Assembly: GCA_011364905.1 (NCBI GenBank)
Contig: RDNZ01000036.1
Location: forward strand, 1 to 29,654
Reading direction: 5' to 3'
Length of the DNA stretch: 29,654 nt
Source of the DNA: Candidatus Thorarchaeota archaeon
Lineage (GTDB): Archaea > Asgardarchaeota > Thorarchaeia > Thorarchaeales > Thorarchaeaceae
The translations under genes were made by a program, and so were the position numbers. Position 1 is the first letter of the stretch. Each line of letters starts with the position of its first letter. Below, one piece after another: positions 18,643-26,353 of the stretch. Below the pieces are notes generated by a model that did no database searches, was not told the origin of the DNA, and worked only from the letters and a program-made list of their open reading frames with translations.

Positions 18643-19110
18643 CTATGATGCTTCTTTCCCAAAGAAGTTCTTGATTGGGATTAGGAGTGCTAATAGCCAC
18701 AGGGCAAGTCCAACGACGAAGGTTATGCTACTACCTCCAACATACCCGATGAAGATCCTATAGCCTAGCAGAGTGCCCCATAGCAAGCCTCCTGTGATGA
18801 AAAGAGCATACCAAGACCACTTCTCACCATTCTTGTATCCGCTTTGGTTGATGAACAGGATCGGTATTGATACAGCGAGTATCATGAATCCAACCAGCTT
18901 CTTTGTGATTATGTAGAACTCTGCATATGCTGGGCTTGCAGCAAGATACTCCTGGTAACTCTCTCCTGTGAAGAACAGGAAATCGCTCACAAACATGATC
19001 TCTGTGATGAGTATCCAAAGGATGGCTATTACTAGGGCAAAGACTCCCATTACTGCCATCAGGGTTGAGCCTATCTTTAGTGATTTTTCAGACAATAATC
19101 TCTCCTCCAC
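18643..19110 (-). CDS. Hypothetical integral membrane protein (about 4 TM)
   Basis: Four hydrophobic segments, GEKWSWYAL motif, GTG start. Confidence 0.75.
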   Translation of the reverse strand: MEERLLSEKSLKIGSTLMAVMGVFALVIAILWILITEIMFVSDFLFFTGESYQEYLAASPAYAEFYIITKKLVGFMILAVSIPILFINQSGYKNGEKWSWYALFITGGLLWGTLLGYRIFIGYVGGSSITFVVGLALWLLALLIPIKNFFGKEAS

Positions 19111-19263
19111 ATGTCAGATGGATATCCATCTGCACGCAATACCTAAGTAGGCACAGTCAATTTTGAATTTTCTGATTGGCTAAGAAGTGACATCAACTGA
19201 AAGCTTGTTCTATTAAAACAGAATTGACCGGCTTCAACCTCATGGATTTGATACTTGGCAAGT

Positions 19264-19587
19264 TCACTTCAGCTTACCAAGTATCGCATCTTGGGCTTCT
19301 TTCATCGCGGCATCTTGCTGTTGACTCAGACTCGCCGCCTGTCTTCGGATGTCCTCGAACAGATCTTCTCTCGATGATATAGCCCCCTCCACAAGAGCTG
19401 CCGCAGCCTCTGATCGGCTCTTGAAGATGCCAATAGCAACAAGTGAGTCAAGGGTCTCGACAACCCGTTTGGTCATACGAGCAACTACAGGTATCTCTCG
19501 TCCCTCTTCCTCAAATCCATCTGCGGAGATGTTCTTCAGCACACGGTCTCGAAGGGAGGTTCGCTTTGGTTTCTCTTCTTCGGTCAC
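19264..19587 (-). CDS. Ribbon-helix-helix (CopG/Arc/MetJ-type) regulator with C-terminal coiled coil
   Basis: VVARM beta-strand followed by VETLDSLVAIGIFKSRSEAAAALVEGAI, the archaeal RHH pattern (LDxLVxxGxFxSRSEA). Confidence 0.85.
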   Translation of the reverse strand: MTEEEKPKRTSLRDRVLKNISADGFEEEGREIPVVARMTKRVVETLDSLVAIGIFKSRSEAAAALVEGAISSREDLFEDIRRQAASLSQQQDAAMKEAQDAILGKLK

Positions 19588-19621
19588 TATGATTAACCCG
19601 TTCCGTATTGTTCACTATCTG

Positions 19622-19646
19622 TTTATAAGATTGCGTATCGCGTATC
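19622..19646 (-). promoter_or_regulatory. TATA-like box plus tandem heptamer site upstream of the RHH gene
   Basis: Minus-strand TTATAAA at 19622-19628; GCGTATC GCGTATC at 19633-19646. Confidence 0.6.
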
Positions 19647-19650
19647 TCAC

Positions 19651-20193
19651 TTACATTGCTTCTGAATCTTCATACCAGTCGGGCCATCGCCAAATTGTCA
19701 CACCAAGTAGTAATGCTAGAAAGTATATGCATGCAACGAAGGGTATTGCCAACTTGTGTGCGAACTCTTCGACTCGTCCCAACTCAACAACCGCCCTTCA
19801 CTTAACAAACTGGTCTTTCGGAATAGTCCTTGCAATCTTTTGGTCAATCTCATTCTCGGGACTTCTTTCATTAGATTCTTTCGAGATGGATGACCTTGCA
19901 TCACGTACTAATCCTACCTTGGAATAAGTCCAGTCAAGGAGATAGACCTCTGCAAGAAGCACTGGAATAAACAGTACAGGTAATGTGATCATGGGGACAA
20001 AGAATAGCGCCACAATCATCGCGAGACCACCGAGGGGCTGAGCATATACGAGCACATTACTGGGAGCTCGTTTTACTCTCATTGCATCCCGTCTTGGTCG
20101 GGCGATAGATGCTTTTTCTCCAGTGTTCAATTCCACATCGAATTCAATTCCTTTCCTTTCAGGCTCGACAACTCTTTCCATTTTCTTCACCAC
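19651..20193 (-). pseudogene. Membrane protein gene with one internal in-frame TGA at 19798-19800 (nonsense mutation, read error or recoding)
   Basis: After ...KDQFVK-TGA the frame continues RAVVELGRVEEFAHKLAIPFVACIYFLALLLGVTIWRWPDWYEDSEAM-TAA (19651-19653), adding a clean TM helix and ending next to the RHH promoter. Confidence 0.65.
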
Positions 20194-20196
20194 GTC

Positions 20197-20238
20197 ACGA
20201 TATGCGTTTTACGTATCGCGTATCGTGTATAATGTATA
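20197..20238. repeat. In-phase array of six degenerate heptamers (probable operator)
   Basis: ACGATAT GCGTTTT ACGTATC GCGTATC GTGTATA ATGTATA; contains CGTATCGCGTATC (20212-20224), identical to 19634-19646. Confidence 0.65.
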
Positions 20239-20318
20239 CTCGATATTACTATATATGTCTTGTCTCTCTAATTAAACGGCCATTTGATTGTTGCAAACTC
20301 TGGAGGGAGTGCCGAATA

Positions 20319-21794
20319 GTGGAACCACTCGGGACCATAACAAAGTACTATCCGTTCATCGATGAAGAACTGCAATCGAACCTAGACTCCCTCATGAAAG
20401 AATCAAGCAGCTACTATGACTTTGTACGACGTCTAGAAAATACGGTCCTTGAGAATGAAGCGTCTGACAACTTAGTGTATATTGCGGCGGCTCAACGTTG
20501 GTATGCAGGTGAACTCGAAAGTGCCATTCTAGAAAAGTACAACTCTCTCGCAACTATCAAGCCATGGAGATTTTACTGGGGGACACATGAGAGTTACAAA
20601 TTTGAAACCTGTCAGGCTATATTACAATCCTTGGATTCGGCCCTGGAACCTCCTACAGATGATTGGATTGCCGCAGAGCTTCTTCTTGCTCATGCATATA
20701 ACTTGGCAGCGCGCCAAGAAGCAGTGAAACTTCAAACAAAGGCTAATGCAATCCTAGATCGACAACCAGAGCTTTTGTGTTTCAAACCATTGGCATATAT
20801 TGCTGAAGGCATGATAAACCACAATTGGGGAAAAGTAACTGATACAACAGCAAGTTGCCGCAAGGCATACGAGCTAGCTCATGTAAATGATGATTCTGTG
20901 TATGAATTCTTTGCTCTTCTACACTTAGGCGATTCTACTAAAAACATAAACCCCTACGAAAGCCTCGATTTAGTTGAGCAATCTTACCAGATCGCCTCAG
21001 ATCTTGGAGTTCCAGTTTTTATGGGGGAAACATTGCACAGTATTGGATTGGTCTATGAAATCTTGGGAGAGTATGATTTAGCTATCCCAAGTCAATTAGA
21101 ATGTATAAATGAAGTCGGTACTGCTGGTAGCGAGGTCATCTTCGCTATCCTCTCGAGACTCTATGCAATCTTAGGCCAAGGTCAACAATCTTTGGAATGG
21201 GCTGATCGTTGTCTGGAGGACAAGGAGTTACATCTTGGCTATCTCAGGAAAGTTCGTGCCTTGATAGTTCTAGACCGTCTCGATGAAGCGGAAGCGCTCT
21301 TGGAGTTTGCTGGTCGAAAAGTATTGCAGACTGGGTATGAATCTTATCTGGCAAGGTACCACTTTGTATCGGGCCTTCTCGATATGGCCAAAGGTGAATA
21401 TGTCAACGCCATGGGAACTCTCGAACAAGCATATGAGATACTCTATCCGCTGGATAGACTAATCTTCATGAACGAAATTTTGATAGCTCTGTCAACTTCG
21501 GAAGTGGCTCTGTTCAAACAGTCTAAGACGAGTGATGAAATCATATCAGGAAGATGGCTCTCCAACCTTGAAAACCATTCACGCTCATACAATCTGCCCG
21601 GTATAGCTATGCAAGCTGCTTTGCTGAGGTCTGAGGTTTTCAAGAGTCAAGGTCAACTTCAGGATGCATATGAAACGCTTCAACGGGCAATCGGACTCAC
21701 TGACTCACCCGGAGTCAAAACTCTGCGTAAGAGAATTGATGCTCGAATTCAGGAGATTGAGCGTCTTATCCATGATAAGGGGTTGGTGTCTTGA
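20319..21794 (+). CDS. TPR-like all-helical protein, paralogue 1
   Basis: Start reassigned to GTG 20319 (VEPLGTITKYYPFIDEE) by homology to the next two genes and GGAGGGAG upstream; TPR-like LGEYDLAI and LSRLYAILGQGQQSLEW. Confidence 0.85.
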   Translation: MEPLGTITKYYPFIDEELQSNLDSLMKESSSYYDFVRRLENTVLENEASDNLVYIAAAQRWYAGELESAILEKYNSLATIKPWRFYWGTHESYKFETCQAILQSLDSALEPPTDDWIAAELLLAHAYNLAARQEAVKLQTKANAILDRQPELLCFKPLAYIAEGMINHNWGKVTDTTASCRKAYELAHVNDDSVYEFFALLHLGDSTKNINPYESLDLVEQSYQIASDLGVPVFMGETLHSIGLVYEILGEYDLAIPSQLECINEVGTAGSEVIFAILSRLYAILGQGQQSLEWADRCLEDKELHLGYLRKVRALIVLDRLDEAEALLEFAGRKVLQTGYESYLARYHFVSGLLDMAKGEYVNAMGTLEQAYEILYPLDRLIFMNEILIALSTSEVALFKQSKTSDEIISGRWLSNLENHSRSYNLPGIAMQAALLRSEVFKSQGQLQDAYETLQRAIGLTDSPGVKTLRKRIDARIQEIERLIHDKGLVS

Positions 21795-23296
21795 AGCCGA
21801 TGGGGACCATCACTAAATACTATGTTTTCATTGATGATGAGAGTAAGTCCATACTAAGTTCCCTGATGGATGAATCGAGCAGTTACTATGGCTTTGTTCA
21901 ACAACTATGTGAAGTTGTTCTCGAGAATCAGGTGCCAACCAATCTTGCCTATATCGCAGCAGTTCAGGCTTGGTGGTGCAGACTAGAAGAGAGCATGAAG
22001 TTGATTAATGAGAAGTTCAAAGATGTACCATGGATTAGGCCTTGGGTCTACTATCTTGGCTCGATGCAAAGAGATCAAGAATTACAGCATGATACTGTTG
22101 TTCAATCTATACAGACCGCGATAGACTCCATGCCACAGGATTGGATCGAAACGGAGCTTCATCTCCTTCACGCATTTTTTCATTGGCCTCTCGGTGAGAT
22201 TCCAAGTCTATTTGAGCCACTCGAAAAAACAAGGGACTTGATCAGTGCCAATCCTCTTTTGTCTTGCTTTGAACCTCTGATTCTTGCATTTGAAGGGCTC
22301 GCAAAGATGAGAGAAGGAGACAGAAAGGAAGCCCTTGATGTCCTTCGAAACGGTAAGAATTTAGCTAAGAAAAATGATGATGCACTGTACTTGTACATGA
22401 ATGCGATTGATGAGGGAAACACTCTGAGAAGTGTCAATGTTCAGGATGCATCAGTAGTCTTCGAAGAACTCTACGACCTGACCCTAGATTTGGATGTACC
22501 CTATTTCATATGCGAGGTTTTGAATGACTCATCAATAGTGTTTGAAGCATTGGGTGAGTATGACCTCGCCATCTCGTGTCATCTTGAGATTCTAAAGACA
22601 CTAGGAGAACTGCCACCCAGCGAAACCCTATGGGCGCTTCTCTCAAGAATCTACGCCACACTAGGAAACGGACAACAGGCACTCGAATGGATCAACAAAG
22701 GTTTCGAAAGCTGTGGGGAATTTAAGAGTCCACTCATGCTCACCTTGAAAGCTTGGGCATTGGCACTCTTGAACCGAATAGATGAATCCGAACAGGTTCT
22801 GGACAGTTCACACGAACCAATAATGAAATCAGGTGTTGAAACAAATCTGTGTAACTACTATCATATCTCAGGAGTGATCGAGTCAAAAAAAGGGAGTCTT
22901 ATGATTGCGCTAGACTCTCTAGAGCAGGCATGGGAAATCGCAGAACGACATCCAACGGGCACCAACCAGACCCGAGTTCTACTTGATTTGGCAAGGGCTG
23001 AGATTTTGATTGACAAGCAATCAACGGATACGTCAAAAGTTGTTGTCCCCGGGCGATGGCTCTCTAAGCTCGAAGCACTCGCAGTTGAGCGTGACCTTCC
23101 GGGTGTCAGGATGTATGCAGCTCTACTCAAGTCCGAGTTCTATCAGAATCATAGTCAATTCATAAATGCACACGCAACCCTCGCTGATGCGTTGAATATT
23201 AGCGACTCTCTCGGAGTTGCCACTCTAAGGAAGAGAATTGCAGCTCGAATTCAGGAGATTGACCAACGTATTAAGGATGCGGGGCTGGTCTCATGA
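21791..23296 (+). CDS. TPR-like all-helical protein, paralogue 2
   Basis: MKPMGTITKYY...LGEYDLAI...SDSLGVATLRKRI; TTGA start/stop overlap with paralogue 1. Confidence 0.88.
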   Translation: MKPMGTITKYYVFIDDESKSILSSLMDESSSYYGFVQQLCEVVLENQVPTNLAYIAAVQAWWCRLEESMKLINEKFKDVPWIRPWVYYLGSMQRDQELQHDTVVQSIQTAIDSMPQDWIETELHLLHAFFHWPLGEIPSLFEPLEKTRDLISANPLLSCFEPLILAFEGLAKMREGDRKEALDVLRNGKNLAKKNDDALYLYMNAIDEGNTLRSVNVQDASVVFEELYDLTLDLDVPYFICEVLNDSSIVFEALGEYDLAISCHLEILKTLGELPPSETLWALLSRIYATLGNGQQALEWINKGFESCGEFKSPLMLTLKAWALALLNRIDESEQVLDSSHEPIMKSGVETNLCNYYHISGVIESKKGSLMIALDSLEQAWEIAERHPTGTNQTRVLLDLARAEILIDKQSTDTSKVVVPGRWLSKLEALAVERDLPGVRMYAALLKSEFYQNHSQFINAHATLADALNISDSLGVATLRKRIAARIQEIDQRIKDAGLVS

Positions 23297-24804
23297 AGCC
23301 ACTGGGTACCATCACTAAGTACTACCCCTTCATCGATGAAGAATCAAAGTCAATACTCGACTCACTGATGGAACAGGCGAGCAGTTACAATGATCTGGTG
23401 TTGCGGCTTGGTGAAACTGTCCTCAAGGATGATGTGCCCCTCAACCTCGTTTTTATCGCAGCAGTACAGGCATGGTGGACCAGAACAGAAGAATCCATGA
23501 AGTCGATTCAGGAGAAATACAAAGGTGAACCTTGTATCAGACCCTGGTATTATATAATCAAAACAACGGTGAGCGACCAAGCCCGATTTCATGACTTCGC
23601 TGTGGCAGAAATAGACAAGGCTTTGGAAACGACATTAGCTGATTGGATGGAGATAGAGCTTCACTTTCTTCATTCGTATTTTCATTATCCCGGTTTTGGT
23701 GACGTCCCAAGTTTCATGGAGCCAGTTTTGAAAGCAAGAGGCTTGATGGATTCCAATCCTCGTTTAGTGTGCTTTATGCCTTTGATCATTATGTTTGAGG
23801 GCTATGCACAGAGGAGAGAAGAGCACAGCAAAGACTCCGTCTATACTCTCAAGAGAGGATTGGAGCTCGCTAGAAACAATGATGACAAACTGTATGAATA
23901 TCTAATCCTCGAGCCCCTCGCAAATATCAGTGGTCTATTCGATATTCAGGAGGCACTAGATCAACATGAAGAGATGTATGCTTTGGCTCAAGACTTTGAG
24001 GTCCCTTACATGATTGGTGAAGTCTTGTACGATTCAGCTTTAGTGTTCGGAACTGTTGGTGAATATGATCTCGCAATTTCAAGCATAGAAGAAGCCCTCA
24101 AAATCCTAGTTGGCAATGATTCGGATTGGTTGATACTATCAAGGATGAACGCTGTACTAGGAAATGGTCAAAGAGCACTTGAATGGGCCAATCAGGCTTT
24201 CGAAGACGCTGGAAATATTGAGTATCCAGAGTTATATCTTGCAAAATCGTGGGCATTGGCGTTACTAAATAGAGTGGATGAAGCTGAACACAACCTGGAA
24301 ACTGCGCATTCATTGATATTAAAGAGTGGCAGGGAATTTGGGTTAGGCCACTACTACGTTGTCGCAGGAGCGATTGAACGCGCGAAAGGAAACTACCAAG
24401 CTGCACTTAATCTCCTTGAAAAAGCACATGAGATCATTGAGCGACTAGCTGTAGGGTTTCAGACCATCGTACTACTTGATCTAGCACGGGTAGAGATTTT
24501 GATAGCAGAGCAATCAGAAGAGAGTGAATCGAGCGCGATACCAGGAACGTGGCTCTCCAAGCTCGAAAGGCATGCGGCTGACCGAAACTTGACGGGTATC
24601 AGAATGCGAGCTGCAATGCTCAAAGCCGAATTCTATCAGAAGCACGGTCAGCTGAAGGATGCGCATGCTATCCTCATGGATGCATTGACAATTTCAGATT
24701 CGCTGGGTGTCAAAACCCTCAGAAAACAGATCAATGAGAGAATCCGAGAGGTGAACCAACTTCTGAGAGAAGCAGAGATTTCCAGTAAGAGGAGAAGCGA
24801 GTAA
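23293..24804 (+). CDS. TPR-like all-helical protein, paralogue 3
   Basis: MKPLGTITKYYPFIDEE...VGEYDLAI...SDSLGVKTLRKQI; ATGA overlap with paralogue 2. Confidence 0.88.
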   Translation: MKPLGTITKYYPFIDEESKSILDSLMEQASSYNDLVLRLGETVLKDDVPLNLVFIAAVQAWWTRTEESMKSIQEKYKGEPCIRPWYYIIKTTVSDQARFHDFAVAEIDKALETTLADWMEIELHFLHSYFHYPGFGDVPSFMEPVLKARGLMDSNPRLVCFMPLIIMFEGYAQRREEHSKDSVYTLKRGLELARNNDDKLYEYLILEPLANISGLFDIQEALDQHEEMYALAQDFEVPYMIGEVLYDSALVFGTVGEYDLAISSIEEALKILVGNDSDWLILSRMNAVLGNGQRALEWANQAFEDAGNIEYPELYLAKSWALALLNRVDEAEHNLETAHSLILKSGREFGLGHYYVVAGAIERAKGNYQAALNLLEKAHEIIERLAVGFQTIVLLDLARVEILIAEQSEESESSAIPGTWLSKLERHAADRNLTGIRMRAAMLKAEFYQKHGQLKDAHAILMDALTISDSLGVKTLRKQINERIREVNQLLREAEISSKRRSE

Positions 24805-24880
24805 AATTCAGTTGCTCTGGACATTTAACGCGAAATATGTTTATTATAACATAACATCACCTATCAATCTGTGAGTTATT

Positions 24881-25570
24881 ATGAGCATGCGGAAATCTAC
24901 CTTGGGGCTGGCAACCGTTATCATACTTGCAATATTGAGTAGTATGACAAATATCACTCCTGTCGCTGCAACAGTTCCAGAGGATATGCACCTCACCTAT
25001 GATTTTGGTTCACAGACACTTGCGGTAAATGTTTCACACTATGTCGCGAACACAAAGACACACTATATCGAAACAATTGAGATACTCAAGAATGGTTTCT
25101 CTGTGCAAAACACGTCCTACAACAATCAATCATTCAATTGGGGCAGGTATGACACATTCACTGTTTCAGCAGCTGTAGGCGACAATCTCACAGTGACTGC
25201 GTTCTGTTCCAAGGGATATTCTCTCACAAGATGGTTAGTTGCCACCTCTGGTACCGCGACCAACCCCCCATCCACTGACACAACAACATCTACCACAGAA
25301 CCAACTGAAAGCACCAATCCCTCAGGTACAACCCTAGGTCCTAATCCAATGATTGGGGTTGGTGTGGCGGCTGCTGTGGCTGTCTTTCTCATCGTATTCT
25401 TTGCATGGCTTAACCCAGACAAGGTTCCAGGCATGTTCCGACAAGTTAGTTCACGACTACGAACAGGACTCAGTTGGTTTGGTGAGAAGGTGAGAGGAGC
25501 TTTTTCCTGGCTGAAGACCGGACTTGGCAATCTTGTACAGCAGATTAAGACCAGATCGACTTCAGAATGA
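24881..25570 (+). CDS. Cell-surface protein: signal peptide, beta-sandwich domain, Thr/Pro/Ser linker, TM anchor, amphipathic tail
   Basis: MRK plus hydrophobic signal; SH...THYIETIEI...TAFCSKG; TTTSTTEPTEST linker; TM GVGVAAAVAVFLIVFFAW. Confidence 0.8.
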   Translation: MSMRKSTLGLATVIILAILSSMTNITPVAATVPEDMHLTYDFGSQTLAVNVSHYVANTKTHYIETIEILKNGFSVQNTSYNNQSFNWGRYDTFTVSAAVGDNLTVTAFCSKGYSLTRWLVATSGTATNPPSTDTTTSTTEPTESTNPSGTTLGPNPMIGVGVAAAVAVFLIVFFAWLNPDKVPGMFRQVSSRLRTGLSWFGEKVRGAFSWLKTGLGNLVQQIKTRSTSE

Positions 25571-25585
25571 GCACAGCTGCTTCGC

Positions 25586-26353
25586 TTAGAGGCTTTGAAG
25601 GAACTCTATCGTTCGGGCAAACAGGTCATCTTTGAATCTCTCATCCGTCATGATTGGATGAGGAGCTCCCTCGACCATGTATATCTCCTTTCTCTCAGAG
25701 GCTAAACCATCAAAGATTCGTTGTGCACTATCATGTGTTACGCTGCCGTCGGCTGTTCCCTGAATGACGAGGACAGGACAGATCACACTACTGAGGGCAT
25801 CCTTCAGACGCTTCAAGGCCTCAAGCATGACAAGGCCAATTCTCGTTGGGATCCACTCATACCCAACCCATCCCTTCTCTCGTAGCCATTCGGGAGCCAG
25901 GGACTCGTGTCGTTCAGGGATGGCTCGCCTGAGTAGCGGGATATTATTCATGACCGGTAGCAATGGTAGGAGTCTGCTCTGGACATTATATGGCGCTGCC
26001 CATGTAACCACACCACTGACCTCACTCCTATCTGATGCCGTGAGCAGGGCAATGGCCGCACCAACACTGTGTCCCACAATGTACACCCGCACACATGTTT
26101 CAAGAAGGCGGTCGAGACCTGACCTGGCATCATTTAACCAATCATCCAGGGTGACTCCAAGGAGGTCCTCAGGTCTAGTCCCGAATCCGGTGAGTGATGG
26201 CAACCAGACAGTCATTCCAGTCTTCTCATGAAGAACATTCGCGAACTCCTTCTGGTCCCATGCACTGCCACCTCCTGCTCCATGAAGTATGAGGCAGCCG
26301 CTTTCGTTACCCTCAATGAACAACGGTCCAGCACCGGGGAGATAATCAGGCAT
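25586..26353 (-). CDS. Alpha/beta hydrolase (carboxylesterase / monoacylglycerol lipase-like)
   Basis: LILHG, LTGFGT, GHSVG nucleophile, IQGTAD, APH triad residues. Confidence 0.9.
   Translation of the reverse strand: MPDYLPGAGPLFIEGNESGCLILHGAGGGSAWDQKEFANVLHEKTGMTVWLPSLTGFGTRPEDLLGVTLDDWLNDARSGLDRLLETCVRVYIVGHSVGAAIALLTASDRSEVSGVVTWAAPYNVQSRLLPLLPVMNNIPLLRRAIPERHESLAPEWLREKGWVGYEWIPTRIGLVMLEALKRLKDALSSVICPVLVIQGTADGSVTHDSAQRIFDGLASERKEIYMVEGAPHPIMTDERFKDDLFARTIEFLQSL

Noticed and set aside
19716-19904. 62-aa ORF suggesting a frameshift in the membrane gene
   Set aside because: The in-frame continuation past the TGA gives a more protein-like TM segment, so no frameshift is needed.
20109-20318. 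70-aa N-terminal extension on TPR paralogue 1
   Set aside because: It overlaps the divergent gene and the operator array. The paralogues start at the position equivalent to GTG 20319, which has an SD.
24805-24880. Search for a short secreted peptide gene after the TPR array (RRNPP-type signal)
   Set aside because: The 76-bp gap holds only a TATA-like tract, and the next gene is a 229-aa anchored protein, so a quorum-sensing cassette is unsupported.
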